Assembly (NCBI GenBank): GCA_035221665.1 | Contig: CM069162.1 | Span: forward strand, 17,918,001-17,982,000 | From: Okamejei kenojei | Taxonomy: Eukaryota | DNA: 64,000 nucleotides | Reading direction: 5' to 3' | Shown: one piece after another, positions 1-13,600 of the stretch | Layout of the letters: each line of letters begins with the position of its first letter | Numbering within the stretch: position 1 is the first letter of the stretch | Translations under genes and position numbers: made by a program | The notes under the pieces: model-generated | Database searches by the model: none | Told to the model about the DNA's origin: nothing | Seen by the model: only the letters and a program-made list of their open reading frames with translations

Positions 1-508
1 TAACCTCAATCGCGCTGTCGGAATTTAAGGACATGAGTGAGGCCAGCGAGTGGCAGGAGAGTGGTTTGTAGACGGAGAGCTGCCAGAGGTGAGCGGGGAC
101 CGGCAGAAGGAGCTAAGGTGGCGACTGGTTCCGCTGCCTGGCCCAGCGGCCGCTCCCCCCCCCCCCCCCCCCCCCCCCTCCCCCTGGCCTCAATGCGGTG
201 GCATTCCACTCCTCCGTGCAAGGGGCATTATCCCAATCCCCTCATTCATAACATTTGTGCCCTCCCCACAACTTTACCCCGGGCCAGACTATCCAAACAC
301 TGTGAAAGGAACTGTTCTCCCAATTGGTCTAGGACTAGGAAACCTTGGGCAAATTGAAATGTCACTGTTTTATTTATTTATTTACTTAACGGAGCGAACA
401 ATCTGCGCATACGCGGTTTAATATTTTTTTTAGTGGACTGAATGCCTACCCTGAGTAATTACTCACGGCACGTGCCTGTCCCAAAGGCAGGTTGGATGAC
501 CACTTGAA

Positions 509-658
509 NNNNNNNNNNNNNNNNNNNNNNNNNNNNNNNNNNNNNNNNNNNNNNNNNNNNNNNNNNNNNNNNNNNNNNNNNNNNNNNNNNNNNNNNNNNN
601 NNNNNNNNNNNNNNNNNNNNNNNNNNNNNNNNNNNNNNNNNNNNNNNNNNNNNNNNNN
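509..658. other. Assembly gap, 150 N
   Basis: Run of N. Confidence 1.
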
Positions 659-1520
659 TGCATGGAAGCAAGAGAATCAAAGGATTTTATGGCCATTGGA
701 AAGATGGCAGGTACAGGAGAATGAGGGAATGACACAATTGCATTGGACTGCTCGGACAGCCAGCACAGGCTTGATGGGGTGATTGGCCTTATTCAACGTC
801 ATAAGGAAATATAAGGACATAACATCAGAGCTAAATATGAAAATCTGCAATAAACTACTGAATCAATTAACTACTGTTGGGTCAAAATCCAGACCGTAGA
901 ACCCAACAATGGGAATCCCTTCTCACCACGGACTGTCCTAATTCAAGGCCACTGTTAAGAGTGCTAGTTAAATCCTGGATTTGTCAACAATACCCGTGTC
1001 AGATAAATACATAAAAGCCAAGTTTAAGTCGGTTTTTACATAATGTAAACAGGTTACAGCGTGACTGAGCAACTGAAATTTCTAAGTGCAATTACTCCAA
1101 TTTTCTTTTTAAAATATTCAGCATTATCTTCAACATTTTGAGATCTGGAACACATTGGAAAATTACAATTCTCCAGTCTCCAGCACTTAAATATATAGTG
1201 TGAACATTATATCCAGAATGCTTTTCTGAGGTCAGTTTCAAACACTGCACGAGGGCATCTCGTCATGTGGTTCTGTGTTAAATTGCATTTGGTTATGCCC
1301 ATGTAAAGTACCTTGTTAGATATGTTATAAACTATCATATAAATTCATGTTGTCCTTAAAGAATTAGAAATATGCTATGTAGAAGGCTATGAACATAGAT
1401 TTCTATAACTAGTTATAGAAAGCAGAGAGATCCAGGCTGTTTAAATCATAAACCTTCAGGCAATTTTAAGACTGATGACAAGAATGACAGGAAGGCTATG
1501 AACTGATAAATGGTGCTCAC

Positions 1521-1607
1521 TTTAATCAAGGCAAATATGTCATCCATATAGGGTCGAATGTGAATCTTCACAAAGGAAACAAGCATTCCCAGCTGCTGGA
1601 ACAAAAA
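1521..1607 (-). CDS. MTOR: MTOR exon 20 ([29 protein letters not shown])
   Basis: Manual translation; ttgcag| acceptor, AAA|gtgagc donor; 87 nt. Confidence 0.95.
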
Positions 1608-4600
1608 CTGCAAGAAAACAAAAATTATATAAATAGTTTAGACATAAATGTTCTCAACTGAAAATTATAATTACATACATGATAAAAAAATTACATTCTT
1701 TCCCACGACTTTGTAATAAATAAATTGTACTACTTTTACATGGCAACCACAAAATTCAACAAAGCCCCAGATAATCGGTTTTAAATGTGCTAAACTGTAG
1801 AGACAAGCAGGAATAAGCCTGACACTAGGTCATCCAACAAAGTACAAACGGAAAATGTCAATAAATTCATAAATCGCATATTCCTCCCTTGCTTCTTGGA
1901 AGACCCCGATGTAGATTTCATCAAGTTCAGGGGATTGGTACACCTTAATAACTAGTGCATCAATAACTTACATTTCCACTCTCCCAATACACATGTGTTC
2001 CAAACCTTCCCCCTCCTCAACCTTTCGCATCCTTCACTCTCCTCAACTCCCCCCCGTGAAATACTCATTCCGGACAGCACACATTTCCCCCGACTCCAGA
2101 GCCCTTTGGACTCCTGAGGAAACCCTCTCTTTTCCTACCTACTCTTGCTTTGAATATGCATAATAGGTTTTGTAATTCTATTTAATTCTGTTAGGAAAGG
2201 TAATTTCATGTACTCTTTTTGCCCTCTTGCCAACTTTCTTAAGTTCTCCTCTGTATCCTTTACAAACCTCAAAGGACTCACTTGATACACTATTTCCTAT
2301 ATCTGACATCCGGTTCTATCTTCTTTCAAAATCAAACTCCCGATTTCCTTTCTTAATTCCTTCTTCAAGTTTCCTGATCTTGTCATCTTTGCTTCTTGTC
2401 CTTACAGAGATAAGCCGATTCCAAAGAAGCTCATTCAAGAAACCTACCTCTCGAATATTGGCATCGCACACTCGAATAATGTTCAGGAACGTGGGCATGA
2501 CTTGAGGCAGGAACTGGACGCACTTTAAGCCCAAAGACTTGAAGATAAACGTGACAGCCTGAACGACCATTGTGTGGTGGTTTGAGAGAGAGGTGTCTCG
2601 CAAGATGCGCATCAGGGTCACTACGGCAACAGCCGGGTAAAACTCATCCAATGGTAAATTCCCCATGTTCACCAGCATTTCACTCGTGCTGTAATCGGCT
2701 GCAATCAAAATAAACATAAAAAATGTAAATAGAGAAACGTTTGAATATTAATAATTGCAGTGCAACAGATCCACTGGATCAAAACTGTTTCTGATTTTAT
2801 TATGTAGTGCCTTCTTGAGGTTTGTTTAAGGTATACAGTAGTACAACACAGAAACAGGCTAAACTCCCTCAACGTATTTTACTTGGTTGGAGGGGTCTAC
2901 ATTTTACACTCCCTTCTCCTAAATTGCAGAGCATCCTAACAGAGAATTAAATAAATACTTTGAAACAGTCATGATCAATCATATTTAGAGTTCCTTCGTG
3001 AAACAGCAGGAAATACCAATTACTTAGAAAATACTTTGTTGAAAATGTGGCTTTGCGCTCAGTCCATAAATCTTCACACAGCGAGACTTTGAATTCATTC
3101 AACAAAATGCATGCATTATCTTGACACAATGCGTTAGATGGAGATGTCTTCGTGTTAATAATCCATTCAGCTGTAACCAGTGCCCAATATCATTTCATTT
3201 TATTGCAGAAGGTCACACTTATTTCCTGAAGTACTTTTAAATGAAGAAACTAAAAGGTACAATCAATCTTTGCAAAGTAGGATAAGGTCAGTCTGCATTA
3301 TACCCAGTTGTGCAGAGCTACTTACTCCATAAATTATTTTTATCATCATAAAATAAAGCTGCAATGTTAGTTGCCTTCTTTTGAACTCTCCCCCAATTAA
3401 ATGCTATCACAATAATTTGTTATTCTACCATTTTGATTAGTCTTCATACCCCATTAATTATTTGCAACAAGGTGACTGCCCACTTTACAAGGCATCCTGA
3501 TGTATCAATCAATTCTCACAAACAATGTTTATATATTGATTTTAGGCATAAAAATAAAGACATCCTAATGTTGTAGTTCACACTAGCTTGCAGACATATT
3601 TGGAAAGGAGGGAAAAACATTGACTTGAAAATGTTTAACTCACCGCTTACTATAATTGAGACTTAAGTTTAGAAAGTGTACCCAATTATATTTGTGTTTC
3701 ACTTAAAAATAATGAACAGAACCTTCAAACAGAGTATCGCTGAAACTGAGAATGATCCGATCATGATTCCTGCCTATCAAACAAGTCACTCCACTACCAT
3801 GTAGTAACAAATACACTCAATCAGATCAGGCATAATGATTTCTAAATGCAATTGATATTTGATTAAAATATGGATTACATTTCTGGAATATGTTGCAGAT
3901 TGTATTATATGTATGAACAGCTAGCTCAGGTCCCTGTGCATGATACTACTTCGTGCTTTAGTGCCTCCTGCTATACATTAGTGAATTTTTGTGCTGAACA
4001 GTGTCCTCTCAGTGTCAAATAATCTGCAGCTGTTGAAGCTTACACAACATGACTGTTTTAGTGAGACACATGAGATCTATAACGCCTGTAAAGCTGCATT
4101 TTACAATAAGATGCAAAGGTGGATTTGGGGCATGGATTGATAGATGGGATTGAGATATTATAACCATGACAGAAATATAGATAACAGAGGGGCAGGACTG
4201 GCAGCTCAAATGTCCCAGGATACAGATGCTACAGGTTTCAATTTAATTTATTGCCACGTGTGCTGAGGTACAGTGAAAAGCTTTTGTTGCGTGCAGGATG
4301 CACATGCAGGATATAGAGCAAACAAGGAGTGAAATTGTGTTTGTGATTAAAGGAGAACGTCACGGCAGTACTTCAGGAGATATCCTTTGGGATTCATCCA
4401 GTAAGGCTGGATGATTCATTAAAGGGTGCAATAAGAAGTGGATGATCAATTGGATGTGATTGTATTATAGGTCCCCAAATAGTCAGCAGGAATGAGAGGA
4501 ACAAATATATAGGGAGTTTGCAGGTAGCTGTATAGTTAATGAGGTTGTAGTGCAATTTCAACTTCACTCATATCGACTGTCTTACATACTTGTGGAAGTG

Positions 4601-7600
4601 ACAAAGGTGATTGATGAGGGCAGGGCAGTGGATGTTATGTACACAGACTTCAGTAAAGCATCTGGCAAGGTTCGTCATGGTAGGATGATCCAGAAGATTA
4701 AAAAGCATGAGATCTACAGTGACTTGGTAGCTTGGATTCAGATCTGGTTTGCCCTTAAAAAAGGTAGTGTGGTACTGTGGAAGGTTATTCTGGCTAGAGA
4801 TATGTGACCAGTGGTGTTCCCCAGGGATCAGTGTTAGGACCTCTGTTGTTTGCGAACATGTAAATGGATCACTTACTTACTTTGCTGATGGCACAAACAT
4901 CAGTGGACTTGCAGACAGTAAAGCCGACGGTCAAAGAGTACAGAACAATCACAGATGTGGGTGGAGAAATGGAAAATGGAGTTTAATCGGGACAAGTGTG
5001 ATGTGTTGTACTTTGGGAAGTCAAATATATAGGGAACATATAAAGTTAATGGCAGAACCCATATACAGAGGGATCTTGGGAACCAAATCCATACTCACAA
5101 AAATAGCAATGGATCATGTGCAGGCAGAAGGGGTCAGTTTAATTTGGCATGATGTTTAGCACAGATATTGTGGGCCTTAGGGCCTGGCTCTGTCCTGTGC
5201 CACAATGTGTTCCATGTTCTTATTGCCCAGGTGATCATGTTATTTTATGTAGCATTTCATACACGAGTGTCATCAGGGTCGAATGGGCCAGCAGAGGGTG
5301 TCGAAGGTCGGACAGGCCCACAGTGAATGAAGAGAGACCTGGCGGACTAAATGGAATACTTTTAACTTTGTCGACGCCCCAAATGTGGCGACTCTTTGCA
5401 TACTTGTGTACGCAAAACAAAGAATCGCAGTGTGACATGCCGCATGTGATAATAAAGTCTCATTCATTGATTCCTTGCATATCAAAGATAAGCATGTAAG
5501 ATAAGATCAGTGTTTTGGTTGGTTCAAAATATTACTTTCGATTTCTTGTCAAAAGGAAATACAATATCAAAAATAAAGGCTAGAAGCAATTACATTAGTG
5601 TTCATACATTTCTCAAGTTACTGCCAATGCAACTGATCCTTAATGCGAAACACATTCATACCTGGGGGTGGAAGATGGCAACCTTCACGTGGTCTGCCCT
5701 GTTACGACAAATGCAATCAACCCGGCGTGCACAATCAAATAAAATCAAATAGAACAAGTCGTCCTACAACTTTAGACTGTGCACTCCATACGCAAGAAGA
5801 AGATTCATACCTGAATCCTGATTCGATTTAGACTCTGATAGACTGACAGCAGAAGCATCTCGGGACTGGTCAATCATCCCAATATTAACCTTGTGCTTGT
5901 ATGGATCCAAGGCACCCAACAGCCCCAAGACACGGATTGCCTACGAAAAATAGCAAAATATTGTTAAATATTTTGCACCTTTCTTAAAGAAAAAACATAT
6001 TTAATTAGCAGCTATTGAAATAAACTCATCATAATTCATAGATTTCTTGTATAATTATTTTCTTTATGCAATTTATGCAACCATTTGCTATAGGTTTTAA
6101 ATTTCCCTTTGCATTAAGATAGAGCAATATTTGCAAATGAATTTGCAAATTAATTTCAAGGTATGCTTACAACTCGGCTTGTTCTCGCTAGAATTTAGAA
6201 GATTGTGGGGGGATCTTATAGAAACTTACAAAATTCTTAAGGGGTTGGACAGGCTACATGCCGGAAGATTGTTCCCGATGTTGGGGAGGTCCAGAACAAG
6301 GGGTCACAGTTTAAGGATAAGGGGGAATTCCTTTAGGACCGAGATGAGGAAAACATTTTTCACACAGAGTGGTGAGTCTCTGGAATTCTCTGCCACAGAA
6401 GGTAGTTGAGGCCAGTTCATTGGCTATATTTAAGAGGGAGTTAGATGTGGCCCTTGTGGCTAAAGGGATCAGGGGGTATGGAGAGAAGGCAGGTACAGGA
6501 TACTGAGTTGAATGATCAGCCATGATCATATTGAATGGCGGTGCAGGCTCGAAGGGCCGAATGGCCTACTGCTGCACCTATTTTCTATGTTTCTATGTTC
6601 CTATGTAACTCTGCAATCTGTCTGGAGGGTGTTTATCGCAAAGATACCTCCATTTTGCTTGTGTTGTCAGCACAAGAAAATAGGAGCAGACGTTGGCCCA
6701 TCAGGCTCATCATGTCTGCCCCACCATCCACTATGATCAAAGCTGATCAATGCCAGCCTCATCTCCTGTGCCATATCTCCATAACCCTGAATTGCAGAGA
6801 CAAGGGTAAAGACTTCCCGAGATTCACTACATGTATCAATTTTAAATGACCAGCTCCTTATTTTGTTGTTATGTCCCCTTGGGGACTCTCCCACTGGTGG
6901 AAACATCCAAACATCGACCCTATCAAGCCCCATAAGAATCCTACATGTTTGAATATGGATGTATTTTTGCCCGGAATAGGATGATTTCCATTGGCTGACC
7001 TGGAGTAACACATGCATAGACTAAGATGCCATTTTCATGTCTTGGTAAGTATCACCCTTACCCTTTCTGACAGACAGAACAGGAGACCTTGCTGTGGGCC
7101 CTGAAACATTTTTGGTTCAGTATATACTCCCAATGTCATATATGTTGCAAGAGTAGAGTTACCACAAAAAGTTCCCCTAAATCGTGAAGTAAACTGGAAC
7201 TTCAACAAGATCTTAATGAATGGGTAGGTACAGGTTGTATTTCGGCTCAACTGGGGGTCGTCTCATCATCAAAATTTCTGTGACTGCTCGCTGTTTAGGT
7301 TTCAGGATGAAAAATGATGACTTTGCTCTGTCATTTTCCAGCAGCAGATGTGTTGCGCACAGATAGCCTGGAGCTCAGTTGTGCTGTTTTGTCTGCGAAG
7401 AAGCAGAAATGTTTGATCTTGCCTGTGCCTTTAAGGCCACATTTTCAATACTCCATACAGGTTTTTACAGTCACTTGTTAATGAATGAGGTGAGAGATTT
7501 TGTGGCAGCATGAAAAATCACTGAACTCATTTTAAATCTCCAAATACAGTGTTTCCAATATATATATATGTTAAAGCCTTGGAATGAATTTGTATTTGGT

Positions 7601-10600
7601 TAAAACATTTTGATTAACATTTTGTAGATGCAGTGAGGAGGCGCTGAGGAGGGAGATGTAGAGGAATGAAGAGTCAAAACACCACCTATGCTGCTGACCA
7701 CGTATACATTTGGCATGTAGGTGAAAAGTAAAATCCTGCTTCAGCTCATGCTACTTTTCTTAACCAACTCAAAATACCATCTCAATCCAAAAGAAAAATT
7801 GGTTCCAATGAACCTGGTAATAGTCAATGCAAGGTTTGTGGAAAGGTACACTGGTGCATGCAAACAATGTGATACTATACTGTTCAGGGCTGGTTAGATG
7901 GATACAATGATTGTTCCAACCCTGTCCATTCTTCTGTTCAAAAAGTGGATAAATTAGACTGGAAAATTAATTTAAACTTGGGTTGCAGCAGAAAACTACA
8001 TTTATTCAACTCCTTAAAGAAAAATAATTTGATTCCATTCGTCTTTTACTTCTGGATAGCTTCTGTAACTAGATGAGAGCTTCCAAAATTGATATGTTCA
8101 ACAGTTGATTTAACTACTAGTAGAACAGTTGGAATAAATTACATCTCCTTCAGAGTCCATGAAAATAGCTATTCTTGGTGGCAAGAAGATATAAAATATG
8201 AAACATTATTTTATTGTAGGATTGATTACTTGATGATCTAGATAATTGGAAACATTAGCTCCAAGCTGGAGTAAATGCTCCAAATACCAATTTTAACTAC
8301 ATCCAACCGACCTAATTGGCAATATGAGCTATCCAACTAATCATAACTAAGAACAGTACTATGTAAAAGTACTTTGTCATTAAGCTGGAGTGATGCATTT
8401 CTGTAAAACAGAAAATTTTGCTTCATTTTCACAGTTTTTAAAATAACTGCATGCACAGCAATTCTCCATCCTGAGCAGAAATAACTCCTGCTTCAATCTA
8501 CTTGTTCCTATTAAAAATAATATTTCAACATTCTACATTGCATTAGTTTTACAAACTTAACGAGGATGCTATTGATACTTTGCCTGACAAATAACTCTTC
8601 ATACATCCATATTCAACACATTTTTGAAGGGACCACTTGTCATCTCTCACACCAAAACTGTTGCTTGGTAGATAGACCTAATGATCTAGAGTTTGCAGCA
8701 CATTATACTATTATATTACTTTCATTGAAATGTAACCTATTTTAGCCAAACATTGCAGTATTCAGAGCATGTTGCCTTTCTCAAAATAGATTTCTAGAAC
8801 CTTTTATGCTCATTATGTTCATAAGGTCATAAGTGGTAGGAGCAAAATAGGCCATTTGGCCCATCTAGCCTGCTCTGCCATTCAATCATGGTTGATCTAT
8901 CTCTCCCTCCAAACACCATTCTTCTCCCTTCTCCCCATACCCCCTGACACCCATACTAATCAAAGTTAAAGGAAAAAGCTGGCTCGACATTGGCGCTGCC
9001 CACAGGCTATAACTCAGGTCAAATTAATTAAATCTATAAATTTCTGCTCAATGGATCCACTAGCTTCTTGACATGAAACTGGTGTGGAATGATTCGAAAG
9101 ATTTTAAACATATTTCAATTTACTGACAAAAAGACTGCCACACTTCATTGTATCTAACACATTATTTTTTACAGTTAAAGTAATTTGAACAAAGTTTCTG
9201 CTAAATAAGGGTTGCTGGCAGTTTACAAGAGAAAGCCAATCTCATTTGAAATGTACACATGTACATTTTTCAACGTGGTGCATAAGGTGGTGAATCTGTA
9301 ATTCTTTGCCACAAAAGGCTGTGAAGACCAAGTCAGTGTATATTTTTAAGGTAGAGATAGATAGATCCTTAATTAGTATGGTGTTTGGGGTTATGGGGAG
9401 AAGGCAGGAGAATGGGGTTTGGAGGGAGAGATAGATCAGCCATGATAGAAAGGCGGAGTAAACTCGAAGGGCCGATTAGCCTAATTCTGCTCCGATCACT
9501 TATGACCTTATGATAATTGGTATCAGTGAGATCGTTCCACTGTTGTTCTCCTCTTTACTGTTGGTGCTTCCTGTTGGTAGCTGACAAACTGGAACTGAGC
9601 CTGGAACTTTGTGGTTCAGTGTCATATCAAGCATAGAGTCAGGGATCCCAAAGACCCAAGTTCAATCCAGAGCTTGGATGCCATCTTGACTGCTTGGGTT
9701 TCAATTGAGCTATCCAGCTTCCGAACATAACTAAAGACAGACGATTGGTTAACTGGCTACTATAGATTACTATTTCTTGTAGGCAAATGGGACAAAATGT
9801 TCAAAAGGAAACTTGAGAGGAAACCACTTGCAGAGGTTCAGGGAAATAAGGCGGGAGACAGGGTAGGTGGAATTTTCTGTTCAAACGGCTTGTGATTGAT
9901 GGGCCTAATAGCTTAATACAAAGTAAGCTAATTAATGCATTGATGTAAAGCATCTCCTTTTATAAAGGAAAAAATGTACAACTTTGTAAAACACATAATG
10001 TCTGGAATTTGTCATTAGAAATCCTAAGGTGAAACTCTTTTCACCCATAAATTCCAGAGGGCAGCACAGTGGCACAGCGGTAGAGTTTCTGCCTTATGCT
10101 CCTGTCCCACTTAGGAAATCTGAACGGAAACCTCTGGGGACTTTGCGCCCCACCCAAGGTTTCCGTGTGGTTTTCGGAGGTTCTCGGGGGTTTTTGTCAG
10201 TCTCCCTAATGGTCGAAAGTGGTTTCCGCTTCTTCGCTGTACGGAGTTTGGCTGTTCTCCATGTGAACGCATGGGGTTTCTCCGGGTGGTCCAGTTTTCC
10301 TCCCACATTCCAAAGATGTGCAAGTTTGTAGGTTAATTGACATCTGTAAATTGTCCCTAGTGTGTACGATAGAACTAGTGTGCGGATGAGTGTTGGTTGG
10401 CGTGGACTCAGTGGGCCCGTCTCCATGCTATGGAACTAAAAACTCTCTAAAAACAAAAAAAATGAATATGATAAGCCTACAGTTTAACTTCAAAATTCCA
10501 ACAGTTAATTTATACACAAAATATAACACAATCTTCCAGAGATTTTTCTTCACAATCTTCCAATCTTTTAATTAGCCTTTACATGAGGGGATTACCTGGC

Positions 10601-13600
10601 CTTGCCTTGCCCTGCAGGGGTGGTGTAAAACATTAAAAAAAGATGGGTTATAAATGCATGTTTGAGGTACCAGGGAACATGCAATTGAATGATATACAGT
10701 GTTGAGATTAGATCTTACAAACACTTCATTACACAACACATCAATGAAAGTGTTTTACAGGGACGCAAACATTTATTGCATGATATTTATTGCCCAGAGA
10801 TAGAAATTCACTGTGTTTGCTGCTAACCAGCCAATGTATTTGCACTTGTTTAGTAGCCCATAAAAGCATTGTTTATCAAAAATGATGTTACTCAAGTAAC
10901 CAGAGCGTTTACTTCCTGATCACATGCTAACACAAGGTCTTAACTGCTGCTTCCACAGACTTTTGCAGTGAATCAACTTCATGGTGTGAACTTAAGCTAA
11001 TATTTTCTCCACCATCATGAGGCACTGATGGGTGAAGAGAGTTTCACCGTATGATTTCCAATGAGATGAAGGTGCAAAGACAGGAACATTAGCAGACCAG
11101 GTTCATGTCCCTCTAATGTTAACTCCCAAATCTGGACACACACACACATATTTCAGAGAGGAGTAATGAAAAAACACTTGGGGGATACATCTAATTAAGG
11201 ACGCATTTCTCTCCCAAATGTACATTAGAATGTGGAATTATCCATACTGAAAAAAAGAGTGAAACATCATTTTTATTATCTTCCCAGTCTCTCCTGCTCT
11301 CTTCACGTAGAAATCATTTAAACCAATACCACTTTTACATGTACAGCATAGGAAGGAACTGCAGATGCTGGTTTACACCAAAGAAAGACACAAAATGCTG
11401 CAGTAACTCAGCGGGACAGGCAGCACCTCTGGAGAGAAGGAATCGGATTCTGAGAGAAGACAGTCTGAAGAAGGGTCTCGACCCGAAACATCCCCCATTC
11501 CTTCTCTCCAGAGATGATGCTTTCTCCTGCTGAGTTACTCCAGCATTTTGTGTCTATCCACTTTTATATGCTCATGCTTTACCTCTCTTCGAATACCCTG
11601 GTTCTGTTCGGTCTTCAGGAAGTTTAGCAGGACTTCAAGAAGGGAAGGGTATTTTCTGTAAGGCTCCACCACATAGCCAGTGCAGGCAACTTGCTGTCCT
11701 AAGGTCCACAGTGCCACCTGTCCAATTCACATAGAAATAGCAGCGGTTAATCTTTGATACACAATATAGCCTTTCTGCTTGCTTCAGAACCAACTGTACA
11801 GTTTATTGAAAAAGAAAGGGTAGTCGGAGCAGGATGGTGAGGAGACAGGAGGAGAAAGGGCAGAGGTGCTTGGAGAGGACAGGGATGGGAGTGAAGGGAT
11901 AAGTGAGTAGAATCATGGTGGAGAAAGAGGAAAGGAGGAAGAAGCACCAGTAGTAGGAGAATGGTGAAGAAAGGTAGCGAAGGCAAAAAAAAATTAAAAA
12001 ATCAGATACAGTCAATATAAAAATATTTTTATATTTACCGATTAACCTAGAAATATTGAACATAAACTTTTATTCAGGAAAGAAAGATAAATGTTCTGAG
12101 CTACAAAAATTTAAGAACAGGAGGTAAAGTAGTGTATTTAAAGCAAGCAGAAAAGATTTCCAAACAAGCCAGTTGGGCAGATCTTGCCTCTGCGCCACAG
12201 ATCCAGTTTTCGGGTGTGCAATTGTTGTTATCATAACAAGAAGTAATGAAACAGATCTGTAAGTGTTACATTCCACTATTGGCCTCTGCTGTGTAAATTT
12301 GTAAATCAATCTTGCAAGATAAACTAGGGTTTCTTTTTCTCCCGAATCTAAAGACAAAATGATTCTGGTTTCCTATCCACATGGTTGGAAACATTCAATA
12401 CCATGAGATCTGGTGTTCTGACAAACTGTGCTTCTCCCTAACCACTTTGCTCAGTGACTCACATTGATTTGGCATTATTATGGTTAGCTAGGTCAGGGCA
12501 GGACGAGCAAACAAAATGTTTGTGAAAAAGAGAATGAATGAAAGCATCAACTTGCTACACAGAACATTGCTTACTACTTGTGTGTACTTAGTCATGTTTG
12601 AAAATTGTTTGCCAATTGTACTTTTGCCAGCTTTTCAAGTAATTTAAGTTACTTTTCAGTGCTCAAAACGGCAGTACGGTATAATCCTCTGAGATACAGT
12701 TCTGTTGTGTTATTTTCAATTGAAATTGATTAAATCTTGCTTATTGTATTCCTACCATTTCTAACTGCAGTTAATGCACAATTACTGTGCTTTACATGTA
12801 CTCCACATATAATGCACTATTAATTTACTGTAACAGTAGTTAAGTTCTATTGTTGTTCTTTCCCTGTAGTTAATATTCTCCTACTGGATTTTTACTGCAT
12901 GGCCTAGAGGCCGTTTGGAAATGGGCCTTATAATGGTCATGGTTAATCCACACACTGCTGACGAACCCATATCAATCATTTTCTAATCAAATAAATATTA
13001 TATGAACTATTGCCTATCAAGTATTGAGGCTTCACCAGCAACTGACTGCACTGATTTGCAAAGATGTGAAATAAACATGACTTCACCATAAGGTTTACAG
13101 CATTTGTTGTAATTGTAAAATAACGGTGTTACCACTTCATGTTGAATTAGCACCATGAAAAATTATTTCAGCACTTCATGTTCTGGATACTAGATTCAAG
13201 TAATAGCATTAACATGATTATTTTCAGCATAATGATGATTTTTCTCACAACGAAACACACGCATGTATTATAGAAAATGAAAATGCTTACTTTGCAATTT
13301 TCCAAATCCTCCAGATAGTCCTTTACATTGTTATTGCAAATGTCAACTATAACACACATGAGCAAACATGCAAATGGTTTACCTGTCTCTTTGCAAGTGA
13401 TGATGAATCTTGAAGCATGTCCATTATGATTGGAAATAATTCATCCATCCATTTTCTCATGTCCAGTCCACTAACCTGCAGGAATAAAAATTATTATTAA
13501 CTTAAACCTCTGAAATAAAGGCTATCAACTGGACAGATTTGTATTACTCAATATTAAAATGTTTCATTTTACAACTGGCAAGTCTCCGTTCTACATTCAA

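Noticed and set aside
6-421. Pro/Gly-rich ORFs at the window start
   Set aside because: Produced by a poly-C tract next to an assembly gap; probably repeat-derived, with no recognisable protein.
1-1520. MTOR exon 21 or a nested ANGPTL7 gene
   Set aside because: No matching translation found by eye; both are expected further along MTOR, beyond the window, although the N gap cannot be excluded for exon 21.
2316-2447. In-frame read-through of MTOR exon 19 as an alternative terminal exon
   Set aside because: The extension is decayed CR1 sequence behind a good GT donor; nothing supports its use.
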